A DNA stretch of 64,000 bases from Nitrososphaerales archaeon (GCA_050011055.1 JBEKJV010000002.1:3736-67735), one strand, 5' to 3'. Counted from the first letter of the stretch, positions 46,844 through 56,643 are shown. The notes: generated from the sequence alone by a model not told the origin. A program made the numbers and translations.

Positions 46844-47617
46844 TTGAACAGCGCCCAGAGTCCCGTCCATCTGGTGGCTGCTAACAACCTGACAGAGCAT
46901 CCAGAACCGAAAACTGGAATCTGGCCGCTGCACACTTTTATACTAGAAATGTCTCTTCAGGATTCCGTACTCTTGGCTTTACCTACGGGCATGGCGATGA
47001 TTGAGGACGTGCTCCAATTCATAGGTTTCTTCGTTTCATTCTCGATTGCTTACGTGGCTTACCGAGGAGTCAGGCAGACCCACAGTTCATCTCTACTCAG
47101 GCTCACCACCGCTTTCATCTTCCTCGGTCTTGGCTTCGCTGTAGAAGGGTTCGTGGGGCTCGACCAGGTCATACCAGCTCTTCCGCTCACGACGATGGCA
47201 GTGGTCGCAGGCCTTTTCCTAGAGACTGTAGGGTACTTCTTTCTCGCCTTCTCTCACGCGATAGATGTCATGATATCTAAGAAGATGGGCGCCGCGCTGC
47301 TGATTTTTCCAGTCATCAGCCTCTCGGGCACGCAACTGATCGACATACTGAGCATTCTGTCATTCTATTTCGTACTGTACGGGGTTGTCGAGACAGTCTA
47401 TTCCTATGCGAGGACTAGGAGGCCCGACACCCTACTCATCGCGGTCGGATTGGCCCTTATCGGCATCGGGACCTTCGTCCAGTGGTTATCGCTATTGTAC
47501 CTAAACGTTGATGTTCTTTCACTCCTACAGATTATTATGAAAGAAATCGGTTTACTCATCCTGTTTACACCTGTCTTGGGGTTCGCTGTTAGAGTGAGGC
47601 CAGATGGTACAGTATAG
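46844..47617 (+). CDS. Hypothetical polytopic membrane protein (about 7 TM)
   Basis: Hydrophobic helices throughout. The start is uncertain (ATG 46949 or 46991 is likelier; TATA-like TTTTATAC at 46934). It overlaps the next wHTH gene by 14 nt. Confidence 0.55.
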   Translation: MNSAQSPVHLVAANNLTEHPEPKTGIWPLHTFILEMSLQDSVLLALPTGMAMIEDVLQFIGFFVSFSIAYVAYRGVRQTHSSSLLRLTTAFIFLGLGFAVEGFVGLDQVIPALPLTTMAVVAGLFLETVGYFFLAFSHAIDVMISKKMGAALLIFPVISLSGTQLIDILSILSFYFVLYGVVETVYSYARTRRPDTLLIAVGLALIGIGTFVQWLSLLYLNVDVLSLLQIIMKEIGLLILFTPVLGFAVRVRPDGTV

Positions 47618-47891
47618 GACTCAAGTGAGGATAATCGCGGATGTCCTTAGCACCGCTAGGAACATGAACACCGAGGGCAACGGCGTCGGAGTCACGATGT
47701 TATTGCGCAAGGGAAACATGTCTTACTCCAGGATGTCCAAGCTCCTCTCGGAGCTTGTGGGCTCAGGTCTCCTTCTGGAGCTGAGCGGCGAGAAAATCTC
47801 GAAGTACATGATCTCCGCGAAAGGAATTCAATTCCTGTCAGTCTACTACCAGTTCGAGGACTTCGCCCAATCCTACGGCCTTAGGCTCTGA
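47604..47891 (+). CDS. Small winged-helix DNA-binding protein (HTH_45-like)
   Basis: RTQVRIIADVLSTARN...VGVTMLLRKGNMSYSRMSKLLSELVGSGLLLE matches the archaeal wHTH pattern. Confidence 0.6.
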   Translation: MVQYRTQVRIIADVLSTARNMNTEGNGVGVTMLLRKGNMSYSRMSKLLSELVGSGLLLELSGEKISKYMISAKGIQFLSVYYQFEDFAQSYGLRL

Positions 47892-47944
47892 AGACCGTCT
47901 CGGCACAACTCTAAAGAGCAGACACCCGTGGTCGTCGAACTGCC

Positions 47945-49123
47945 TTGCTGATTATCGCGCTTCTGAAGGGAGTTCCGGCTCGCACCACCCAGGTCGCGCA
48001 GATTGGCGGGGTTCTCAACAGGGAGGTCATGGATCTGGTTCTCAACCCCCACGACTCAAAGGCAATCGAGGCAGCCGACTTCCTCAAACGCAGGATTGGC
48101 GGGAAGATTATCGCTTTGACAATGGGCCCTGACATGAAGCTCATCCCTCTGATGAAGCCCCTCTACGATGCCGAGGTCATGGGAGTCGACGAAGAGTATG
48201 TTCTCAGTGACAAGAAGATGGCGGGCGCGGATACTTGGGCCACGGCGTATGCGGTCTCCCTTGGAGCAAAAAAGGTCCTGGAGATGCACACGGCGCCCAT
48301 CGATGAGATGGCAGAGACAATCAGGAAGTCAGGTTACTCCGATGCTGTGAAGGCCAAGGCGGCAGCCCTCTACCAGGCCAACCTACTCCCCAACAGAGTC
48401 TACTCGGAGCTTCCTTCTGTCCGAGACAGCATCGTTCAGAGATTCCTCAAAGGCGCTATCACCGTCGAGCAGGCGGTCGGGGAACTTGCAAAGGTGAAGG
48501 AGACGCTTTCAAGGTTCATCATCGTCTCCGGAATAAAGACCACTGACGGAGAGACAGGCAGCGTTGGCCCCCAAGTTGCCGAGGGCGTTTCAGAGTTGAT
48601 CGGCAAGATCCTCCCCCATGCCACCTACGTCGAGGACTTCGACATCGACGATGCTGCCACGAAGGTCGTCTCGGAGAGGAGGATCGGCCAGCTGCTGCAG
48701 AAGTTGGAGATGATGCTACCGGCTCTGCTCACCATCTCGACTGAATATGAGCCTCGAGAGTCCCCTGCGGCTCTCCAGCCCGAAGTGCGATACAACAACT
48801 ACAGGGGGAAAATCCTTCAGGCGAAGAAGTGGACTGCGGAGGATCTCGCTGCTGACGTACAGAAGCTGGGTCTCGCCGGCTCCCCTACTATAGTAGGGAC
48901 GGGGATTGACGTGGGTAAGCCCCCGATCCAGAAATCCTTGAACCATAGCCTCGTGTTCCTAAAGCTGGTTCCACAGATCGAGTTTGAAGGAAAGAAATAT
49001 GGGCCGTTCGAGAAAGGGCAACTAGTCACAGATATTCCTGAAGGACTCTCGACTCGATTCAAGAAGGATGGTTCGGTCGGCGTCTTTGGTTATGACATGC
49101 TTGGAGAGGAGCTCTTCGGTTGA
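47945..49123 (+). CDS. etfB: Electron transfer flavoprotein beta subunit (EtfB/FixA) with a ~70-aa insertion and a ~75-aa C-terminal extension
   Basis: LIIALLKGVP...LNPHDSKAIEAA...ALTMGP...MAGADTWATAYAV...GIKTTDGETGSVGPQVAE...LGLAGSPT are the canonical EtfB blocks. At 392 aa it is about 130 aa longer than textbook EtfB. Confidence 0.8.
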   Translation: MLIIALLKGVPARTTQVAQIGGVLNREVMDLVLNPHDSKAIEAADFLKRRIGGKIIALTMGPDMKLIPLMKPLYDAEVMGVDEEYVLSDKKMAGADTWATAYAVSLGAKKVLEMHTAPIDEMAETIRKSGYSDAVKAKAAALYQANLLPNRVYSELPSVRDSIVQRFLKGAITVEQAVGELAKVKETLSRFIIVSGIKTTDGETGSVGPQVAEGVSELIGKILPHATYVEDFDIDDAATKVVSERRIGQLLQKLEMMLPALLTISTEYEPRESPAALQPEVRYNNYRGKILQAKKWTAEDLAADVQKLGLAGSPTIVGTGIDVGKPPIQKSLNHSLVFLKLVPQIEFEGKKYGPFEKGQLVTDIPEGLSTRFKKDGSVGVFGYDMLGEELFG

Positions 49124-50205
49124 CCTATGAAGCGAAGGACGTCTGGGTGTACCTCCAATACAACGAGGGAGTCCTGACCAAGGACTCCCTCGAAACCCTC
49201 GCCGCAGGAAGGAGGGTTGCCGACAAGATGAAACAGAAGGTCGTCGGGATTCTCTTGGGCGAAGGAGTCGAGCCGCTCGCGGAGCAGGCGGTCCAATACG
49301 GTGCCGACGAGATCCTCTACGTCGACTCGCCTGCCTTCAGGGCTTACTTCAACTTGAGGTATATTGACGCGATTTTCGCCATGGTCAAGGAGAGGCGCCC
49401 ATACGCCTTCCTGTTTGCTGCTAACGAGTTGGGCAAAGATTTGGCCGCGAGGATTGCGTACAGGGCGGTCACCGGGCTCGCGACAGACAATGTCCAGCTC
49501 GAGGTTGAAGACTACACCAATCCCGCGCTCGGTAGTTTCAAGGATTTGCTCGTTCAGATCAGGCCTGACTTCGGGACCAGGCTTGCGAGGATCTACACCC
49601 CCAGGCACAGGCCGCAGATGGCTACTGTCCGTCCCGGCAACTTCACCCCGCTGCAGCCGGATCCTAAGAGGAAGGGCAAGCTGAGGGAATTCGAGTTTGA
49701 AGACCATGACTACCCAGCCCGGGTCAAAGAGGTCGTGGAGCTACCGCCTCCTGAGCTCGACCTGTCGGGGGCCGACGTCGTAATAAGCTTAGGTCTTGGC
49801 ATACTCAAGGACGGCTCAGGTCACCCCAGAAATCCCAGGGAGGCCTACCGTCTGGCTGAGCAACTCAGAGACGCCATTCAGGGGAAGTATCACATGAAGG
49901 CAGTCATCGGGGCATCCAGGGCCCTAGTCTATGCAGAAATCAAGGAATTGGAAGGCCTAGTCTCGAAGGCCAACCAGGTGGGGCAGACGGGCACGACTGT
50001 GAGCCCGAAGCTCTATTTCGCCCTAGGGATTAGCGGGGCTCTCCAGCACAGGGTCGGAATGCTGCGGTCGGGAAAGGTCGTCGCCGTGAACACTGACCCG
50101 AATGCGCCCATCTTCAAGATTGCGCACTATCCCATCGTGGGCGATCTCTACGAGGAATTCCCGAAGCTGATCGAAATGGTTGGGAGGACTGGGCACGCGA
50201 ACTGA
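49120..50205 (+). CDS. etfA: Electron transfer flavoprotein alpha subunit (EtfA/FixB)
   Basis: C-terminal FAD block QVGQTGTTVSPKLYFALGISGALQHRVGMLRSGKVVAVNTDPNAPIF. Its GTG start overlaps the etfB stop (GTTGA at 49119-49123, 4-nt overlap). Confidence 0.9.
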   Translation: MTYEAKDVWVYLQYNEGVLTKDSLETLAAGRRVADKMKQKVVGILLGEGVEPLAEQAVQYGADEILYVDSPAFRAYFNLRYIDAIFAMVKERRPYAFLFAANELGKDLAARIAYRAVTGLATDNVQLEVEDYTNPALGSFKDLLVQIRPDFGTRLARIYTPRHRPQMATVRPGNFTPLQPDPKRKGKLREFEFEDHDYPARVKEVVELPPPELDLSGADVVISLGLGILKDGSGHPRNPREAYRLAEQLRDAIQGKYHMKAVIGASRALVYAEIKELEGLVSKANQVGQTGTTVSPKLYFALGISGALQHRVGMLRSGKVVAVNTDPNAPIFKIAHYPIVGDLYEEFPKLIEMVGRTGHAN

Positions 50206-51892
50206 ATTCGACGTAATAGTCGTAGGAGCAGGCCCTGCAGGGTCTGCCGCTGCGCTGACCCTTGCCAGAAAGGGGGTCAACGTCCTGATGCTCGAGAAGG
50301 CCAAGATCCCCGGAGAGAGGAATATGACCGGAGGAGTGCTTTACGGAGACTTCACCGATGAGTACGGTTTCATCAGGCTCGTGCCGGACTTCGAGTCCTC
50401 TGCGCCCCTGGAGAGGCACATGCTTTCGCACGAGGTTGTGCTACTCGGACCCACCGATTACAAGAAAGGAGTGTCTCGCTACTTCAGACTGTCCAAGACC
50501 TCGCTAGCGGTAAGACTTGGCCTCTTCAACCTCAACTTCGGGACGGGCCACGACTACTCTGTGCTGAGACGCAACTTCGACAGATGGTTTGCCAACTTGG
50601 CAGTCCAGGCGGGGGCAATGCTCTCAACAGAGACGACGGTGGAAGGCCTGATCAAGGAGGGGGGCTCAGTCGTAGGGGTCAGAACCACAAGGGAAGAACT
50701 GGGAGCCAGACTGGTCATCGATTCCTCTGGCGTCACTTCAGGACTGGTCGAAGAGGCAGGCCTTCGCGGGAGGCTGTTACCGAAGCAACTCTACCACGGC
50801 ATCAAACGTGTATACAAGCTCGACGCGGGCACCATTGAGAAACGCTTCAATGTCGCTCCCGGGGACGGACGCTCAATCTTCTTCCTCGGCGAATTCATGG
50901 AGGGCGTAGGCGGGGGCGCCTTCATCTACACGAACAGTGACACTCTCTCTGTAGGGTTGGTCGTCTCCCTGGAGTCCCTGCTCCGTGCGACGACAGAACA
51001 CTACGACAGGGTCGGGAAGCTCATCGACGTCCAGGACGAATTCGAGACACAGCCCATGGTGGCCGAGCTCCTCGACGGGGCTCAGCCGCTCGAGTACGCC
51101 GCCCATAACATTCCCAAGGGGTTCAAGTCGATCTTGAAGACTCCCTATACGGATGGCTTCCTCGTTGCAGGGGACGCCCTCGGGTCATTCGTCAAAATTG
51201 GGCCGATGATCGACGGCATGAGACGGGCAATCGCCTCCGGCCTGATGGCCGCAAGGGTGTACCTCGAGGCCAGCCCCCTAGGATCCTTTCGAGCCGGGAA
51301 CCTGTCGATGTACAGGGACCTTCTGGCTCCCATCTATAATGACGTCAGCCGGTCTGGCCGGGACAGTTTCGTCTCCGAAAGCTCCTTCACCTATCATGCT
51401 CTTCCAAGGCTCATTTTTGGGACACGCCTGATTTCCAGCATTTACGGGTTCGAACCTCGATTCGGGAAGAAGACTGCCGGGGACGCTACGCAGAGAGTCC
51501 AGAATGAGACCAGCCTGCTGAACTACGACGAGGACAAGGACTACGCGCATATCAGGGTTGACCAAGATGGCGCCTCGAAGTCGGTCAGGAAACCGTGGAT
51601 TCCAGCCTGCCCCACGAATTGCTACACCCTGCTCACTCCAAAGGGGATCTTTCCGTCATTCAAGGACCTCTTTGACCACAACCTTGCCGCATTCGTCGCT
51701 ACCGACGGGATTGCAGACGTTTCAAAGGCGAAGGCCTTCTCCCAGACCCAGAAAGACATAGCCTCGGGTCGCTTGAAATTCGACTACGTGGCTTGCGTCG
51801 CCTGCGGGACATGCGGCGCGATTGGACCCCCAGAAATGGTCGCTTTCGGGCACGAGAGAAGCGGCCACGGCGTCCGCTATGCCTATGGGTGA
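50180..51892 (+). CDS. fixC: FixC-type ETF-linked flavoprotein oxidoreductase fused to a FixX-like ferredoxin domain
   Basis: FAD motif DVIVVGAGPAGSAAALTLARKG. The C-terminal ~100 aa carry CPTNCYTL...CVACGTCGAIGP (FixX-like Cys pattern). It overlaps the etfA end. Confidence 0.8.
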   Translation: MGGLGTRTEFDVIVVGAGPAGSAAALTLARKGVNVLMLEKAKIPGERNMTGGVLYGDFTDEYGFIRLVPDFESSAPLERHMLSHEVVLLGPTDYKKGVSRYFRLSKTSLAVRLGLFNLNFGTGHDYSVLRRNFDRWFANLAVQAGAMLSTETTVEGLIKEGGSVVGVRTTREELGARLVIDSSGVTSGLVEEAGLRGRLLPKQLYHGIKRVYKLDAGTIEKRFNVAPGDGRSIFFLGEFMEGVGGGAFIYTNSDTLSVGLVVSLESLLRATTEHYDRVGKLIDVQDEFETQPMVAELLDGAQPLEYAAHNIPKGFKSILKTPYTDGFLVAGDALGSFVKIGPMIDGMRRAIASGLMAARVYLEASPLGSFRAGNLSMYRDLLAPIYNDVSRSGRDSFVSESSFTYHALPRLIFGTRLISSIYGFEPRFGKKTAGDATQRVQNETSLLNYDEDKDYAHIRVDQDGASKSVRKPWIPACPTNCYTLLTPKGIFPSFKDLFDHNLAAFVATDGIADVSKAKAFSQTQKDIASGRLKFDYVACVACGTCGAIGPPEMVAFGHERSGHGVRYAYG

Positions 51893-51922
51893 GCGACATC
51901 TTCGACAAAGCAATAATACTGC

Positions 51923-53155
51923 GTGGAGGTGGCCGCGCGCTGCCAGCACAACTTGACTTACAACTACCTCGAGCGGCTGAACAAGACCGTCAGGGACCAT
52001 GAAGAATGGAGGGTCAAGGAATGCCTGAACCTAATTCCCTCTGAGAATCGCGGTAGCGACCACATGCGTTCGATGCTCACAACCGACCTCGGAAACAGGT
52101 ACTCGGCTCCCGACAAATTCTACCGGGGAACGAGATTCATTGACGAGCTTCAGACGCTCTCCGAAGAGGTCGCGAGAAAGGTCTTCAACGCTAGGTATGC
52201 CGACGTCCGGCCCCTTTCCGGGCACACAGCAGACATGGCCGTCCTCCTCTCCCTTACCGAAATGGGTGACAAGATCATGTCAGTTTCGCCGGACAATGGT
52301 GGGTATGCTGGGATTACCCACCTAGGCCTCGGCCGGTTGCTGAAGTTGGAGAATCTCTATTTCCCGTATGACGACGACGCAGTCAATGTAAAGGTAAAGG
52401 AATCGATTTCGGCCATTAGGTCCCAGAAACCTAAGGTTGTCTTCTTCGGCTCGAGCTTCATCCCGTTCCCGCACCCGACGAAGCAGCTCGCCGACGTGGC
52501 GTCGGGAATCTGCGTATACGACGGCTCGCACGTCCTCGGCTTGATCGCCGGGGGTGCGTTCCAGGACCCGCTGAGAGAGGGATGTTCACTGTTGATTGGC
52601 TCGACCCACAAGAGCCTTCCGGGCCCGCAAGGAGGGATAATCCTCTCCAACAATGAAGATGTCTTCAAAGCAGTCTCAAACAAGATTCATCCAGGTATCG
52701 TCGATAACATTCACCTGAACAGGGTCGCGGCGCTCACCGTTTCATTGCTTGAGATGATGCAATTCGGGAAGTCCTACGCTCAAGCCGTGATCAAGAACTC
52801 GCAGGCTCTCGCGAAGGCTTTAGTCGCGAGTGGTGTCAATGTCAGGGGTGCGCCTTTTGGATACACAAAGTCTCACCAGGTCCTACTTGGCTATGATGCA
52901 AGCAGGCTAGGCTTCTACTCTGCGAAGCTGGAGCAAGCGAACATCATTATCGACAACGGCGGGCGGATCGGGACTTCCGAGCTTACCAGGCTCGGGTACG
53001 ACGCAGCGGAGATGGAGGAGGTCGCGGAACTGATCTGCTTCACAATTCTTGGCAAGAAGCCCGTCGACTTTGTTAAGAAGAGGGTCAAGAGTCTCGTCAA
53101 ACAGCACCAAGAGCCGAAGTATGTCCTAAAGTCGGTTCCGAAGTTCCTCGAATAA
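51923..53155 (+). CDS. glyA: Serine hydroxymethyltransferase
   Basis: LNLIPSEN and GSTHKSLPGPQGG (PLP-Lys motif). Confidence 0.92.
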   Translation: MEVAARCQHNLTYNYLERLNKTVRDHEEWRVKECLNLIPSENRGSDHMRSMLTTDLGNRYSAPDKFYRGTRFIDELQTLSEEVARKVFNARYADVRPLSGHTADMAVLLSLTEMGDKIMSVSPDNGGYAGITHLGLGRLLKLENLYFPYDDDAVNVKVKESISAIRSQKPKVVFFGSSFIPFPHPTKQLADVASGICVYDGSHVLGLIAGGAFQDPLREGCSLLIGSTHKSLPGPQGGIILSNNEDVFKAVSNKIHPGIVDNIHLNRVAALTVSLLEMMQFGKSYAQAVIKNSQALAKALVASGVNVRGAPFGYTKSHQVLLGYDASRLGFYSAKLEQANIIIDNGGRIGTSELTRLGYDAAEMEEVAELICFTILGKKPVDFVKKRVKSLVKQHQEPKYVLKSVPKFLE

Positions 53156-54172
53156 CTACTTGTGGACGATGCCGAGCGCTGCGTCGGTCAGTTTCATCGA
53201 TTCTTCCCGAGTATACCCGCCGTAGAGAGCCCTGATAGCGTCGATGTTCTCAGGCACGACAATCGCTTCCTGGTGTACCGCCATGAACATGTATGCTTCC
53301 CCGTCCACAACGCTGACCGAGTCCTTCCAAACCGTTGCTTCGTAGATGTCGTTTCGCGGCCGGCCCATCTCTCTCGCCCAATCCATTACCGCCGCTGTGG
53401 ACTTGAAGCCAGACTTCCCGTCGACCAGCTGAATCCTCGGAGCCGCCCCGAGCGCCGCTACTAAGTCCTCCCTAGTCGCCGGTTTCCTGAGACTGAGTAT
53501 CAAGCTGTGCAGATGCATGTGTGTGGTTGGAATCTTGAACGCCATCGTTACGATGTTGAGGCCCTTCAGGACGGCTTGCACGTCGGGCCCGTGGTGAGAG
53601 GGTAGCGTCGTCGGGTCCAGCACGACGGCATCAATCGGCCCCTTCTTGACGTCGTCAGGGTCGGCCGCTCTTCTCGCCAGTACCGCACGCGCCTTAGTGA
53701 CCCCTATGGCCTTATCTATCGCGCCAATCGTCCTGCATAGGCCAGTAGTGTTACAGGAGACCACCTGGACCGTCCGCTTCCCGACAGCATCCTCGTAGTT
53801 GCACTGAGCAACGAACGACACGTCGGCGAGGTCGTCTCCGGCACCTCCTTGGAAGATCGCCTTCACGGAAGCCTGCTGATAGATCGGCTTGTTGACCGCG
53901 CCTGTGTCCTCAGGAGCGGCATCCACGATCACGTCAACTCTCTGCAGAAGGTCATTGAGGGTCCCCTTCACATTGGCTCCAGCGGCCCTGAACACCTCGA
54001 GACTCTTCATGTCCACCGCGTACATCGGGATGCCCTTCTTCTCCGCGACCAACGACTTGTAATCTGGCTTGGTCTTTGTGACTCCAGCCAGCTCCATGTC
54101 GTTCTGTCTCTTCACTGCGTCGGCAACGCGGCGCCCGATCGTGCCGAAGCCATTGATGCCGACCCTTATCAT
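53156..54172 (-). CDS. gap: Glyceraldehyde-3-phosphate dehydrogenase (archaeal type II)
   Basis: MIRVGINGFGTIGRRVADAV and catalytic VVSCNTTGLCR. Confidence 0.93.
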   Translation of the reverse strand: MIRVGINGFGTIGRRVADAVKRQNDMELAGVTKTKPDYKSLVAEKKGIPMYAVDMKSLEVFRAAGANVKGTLNDLLQRVDVIVDAAPEDTGAVNKPIYQQASVKAIFQGGAGDDLADVSFVAQCNYEDAVGKRTVQVVSCNTTGLCRTIGAIDKAIGVTKARAVLARRAADPDDVKKGPIDAVVLDPTTLPSHHGPDVQAVLKGLNIVTMAFKIPTTHMHLHSLILSLRKPATREDLVAALGAAPRIQLVDGKSGFKSTAAVMDWAREMGRPRNDIYEATVWKDSVSVVDGEAYMFMAVHQEAIVVPENIDAIRALYGGYTREESMKLTDAALGIVHK

Positions 54173-54198
54173 CGCGACGGGAGCACCTCACCCTCGTC

Positions 54199-55428
54199 TT
54201 AAAGGGTTCCCGGACCCTTGGCACCCCATTTCTCTGCCGCCCTCTCCAGAGCGTCAATAAGCGGGAGCCGCTTTCCGGCCAAGTACTGAACGAGAGCCCC
54301 CCCTGCGGTGCTGATGTGGTCGATTTGTTCGTGGATTTCGTATTTACGCAGTGCCGACGAGAGGTGCCCTCCGCTGACAATTGTTGTAGCCAGAGATGTT
54401 GCCATGGCCCTCAGCAGATGCTCAGTTCCATAGCTGAATTCGTCCCACTCGAAAGCTCCGGGCGGGCCACTCATGAAGACAGTACCTGCGCCCTTGATGA
54501 ATCTCTCGTACTTCTCGACCGTCTTGGGACCGATGTCCAAGACCTGCCCCTGGACTGCCATCTCCTTGACATCAAGATTCTTCCGAGCGCCATCGACCTT
54601 GATACCAACGTCGATAGGCATGGCGAACCTTCCGGGATCCTCATCAATCAGCTGCCTGGCTTTCAGTAGGAACTTCTGCTCTCCGTCAATCTTCAGGTCC
54701 CCTCTATACTTCCCAACGGCCTTTAGAAAGACGAGTCCCACGACCCCACAGAGAAGGACCTTGTCAGCCCTGTTGTTCGCAATTAGTGCGTCGATTGCTT
54801 CAAGTCTGTCGTTGACCTTCGCGCCACCGAGGACCGTTACGTAGGGCCCTTTTTCGACCGAAACGATTCTGTCAAGCATGCGGAGCTCCCTTCCGACTGT
54901 CCTTCCGGCGCAGGTCGGAACGAGTCCGGCAAAACCCACGATACTGGGAGAGGAGCGATGGGCTGTTGAGAAAGCGTCCAGAGCGCACGCGTCGATGTGC
55001 TTCTGAATTCGGCTGACAAGGAATGTCTTCTCGGCGTCGGCTGGCTTGTACTCCTGGTTCTCTTCTGCTGTGAATCTCAGGTTGTCGAGGACTAGGATCT
55101 CTCCAGAAGTGAGAGAATCGATTTCTCGGAGGGCCTCGGGCCCGAAGACATCCGGGACGAACTTGACCGGCCTCCCGATAATACCTTGGAGTGCCTCCGC
55201 GTGGCGGTTCAGACTGGTGTAGTCCGATCTGGCCACCCTTCCCTGGTGGGAGGCGACAACAACCTTCGATTGACGGAGGTCGTTAATAGTAGCCGCCGCC
55301 TCTTCCAGTCTCGCTTGCTCAATCAGGGCACCGGTGTCGGGGTGAACAGGCGTGTTGATGTCGACTCTTAGGAAGACCCGTTTGTCCTCGAGCTCCAGGT
55401 CCTCCAGCGTCAGCATCTTGATGGGCAT
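54199..55428 (-). CDS. pgk: Phosphoglycerate kinase
   Basis: RVDINTPV, SHQGR, VLGGAKVNDRL, and ISTAGGALVQYL. It lies 26 nt upstream of gap, forming a pgk-gap operon. Confidence 0.93.
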   Translation of the reverse strand: MPIKMLTLEDLELEDKRVFLRVDINTPVHPDTGALIEQARLEEAAATINDLRQSKVVVASHQGRVARSDYTSLNRHAEALQGIIGRPVKFVPDVFGPEALREIDSLTSGEILVLDNLRFTAEENQEYKPADAEKTFLVSRIQKHIDACALDAFSTAHRSSPSIVGFAGLVPTCAGRTVGRELRMLDRIVSVEKGPYVTVLGGAKVNDRLEAIDALIANNRADKVLLCGVVGLVFLKAVGKYRGDLKIDGEQKFLLKARQLIDEDPGRFAMPIDVGIKVDGARKNLDVKEMAVQGQVLDIGPKTVEKYERFIKGAGTVFMSGPPGAFEWDEFSYGTEHLLRAMATSLATTIVSGGHLSSALRKYEIHEQIDHISTAGGALVQYLAGKRLPLIDALERAAEKWGAKGPGTL

Positions 55429-55620
55429 AACCCGTTAGTGGTCCTCCATGAGGGCGTGAAGGGCGGGGCAAATAAGCCTTGGCGACCTAGACACAGGGTC
55501 AGCCGATAGAGAGGCACAAGCCTCGAATGACAACCGCACGTGTGCGGGGGGCTATTGAGTGGAAGTGAATAAGTTGAGATGAATGTGACCACAATCAATC
55601 AAACAAAGAAGGGCACTCAA

Positions 55621-56643
55621 ATGAAAGCAATTGCATACGAAAAATACAGACCTCCAGATGTCCTCCAGCTCAAAGAGATAGAGAAACCTGCTCCCAAGGA
55701 CGATGAAGTATTGGTAAGAGTTCATGCAGCATCCGTGAATGCATAGGACTGCCATATGATGAGAGGCAAACCGTTCTTGGTGCGCCTGATGGGATATGGG
55801 CTTCTGAAACCAAAGAACAACATACTCGGGGCTGACATTGCTGGGCGGGTTGAAGCGGTCGGCGGAGACGCAAAGCAGTTTCAGCCAGACGAGGAGGTAT
55901 TCGGGACCGTCAGAGGCGGTTTTGCGGAGTATGCATGTGCTCGTGAGAGTTCATTGGCGTTGAAACCGGCCAATGTATCGTTCGAGGAAGCAGCGGCAGT
56001 ACCCATGGCGGCAGTCACCGCCATGCAGGGCCTTCGCGACAAAGGACAGATTCAGCCAGGGCAAAAGGTCCTGACGAATGGTGCGTCTGGTGGTGTTGGT
56101 ACGTTTGCGGTGCAAATCGCCAAATCGTTCGGGACTGAAGTGACTGGCGTTTGCAGTACGAAGAACTTGGATATGGCGCGCTCGATTGGGGCGGACCAGG
56201 TCATTGATTACACTCAAGAGAATTTCACTCGAAAAGAACAGCGTTATGACCTGATTCTTGCTGCCAACGGATATCATTCGATTCTTGGTTACAAGGGCGC
56301 ATTAAGTCCCAAAGGAGTTTATGTCATGAGCGGAGGCTCCATGGCTCAAATGCTCCAGGTCATGCTTCTAGGACCATTGATATCAAAGACCGGCAGTAAG
56401 AAAATGGGTCTTCTGATGGCGAAAATAAGCCAGAAGGACTTGGTTTTTGTGAAGGAACTTCTTGAAGCCCGCAAAGTCGTACCAGTCATCGATAGACGTT
56501 ACCCGCTAAGTGAGACTGCTGAGGCTATCAGGTATCTTGAAGACGGGCACGCCCCAGGAAAAGTAGTGATAACTTTGGAGCGGAACGACATGACCTTGCA
56601 AAGTACTACATCTGACCGTCCTGAAATCTGGCCAGGACGTTAA
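55621..56643 (+). pseudogene. MDR-family NAD(P)H:quinone oxidoreductase / alcohol dehydrogenase interrupted by an in-frame TAG (55744-55746)
   Basis: ATG 55621 gives [67 protein letters not shown]...GADIAGRVEAVG...TNGASGGVGTFAVQIAK. Homology is continuous across the stop, in the same frame. Confidence 0.8.

Noticed and set aside
49090-49707. Long antisense ORFs inside conserved genes, e.g. 49090-49707 (205 aa, antisense to etfA), 5984-6496 (170 aa, antisense to nfeD), 44269-44778 (antisense to the DRG gene), 28616-29089, 26617-27203 and 10241-10708
   Set aside because: The opposite strand encodes strongly conserved proteins in each case. The antisense translations are Arg/Pro/Ser-rich, as is typical of high-GC shadow ORFs.
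55744-55746. Reading the in-frame TAG of the MDR oxidoreductase as pyrrolysine or genome-wide amber recoding
   Set aside because: TAG is used as an ordinary stop by several well-conserved genes in this window (the DUF47-like gene at 9888-9890, endA at 10448-10450, proS at 15627-15629). No pyl genes or methylamine methyltransferases are present here. A nonsense mutation or sequencing error is far more parsimonious.
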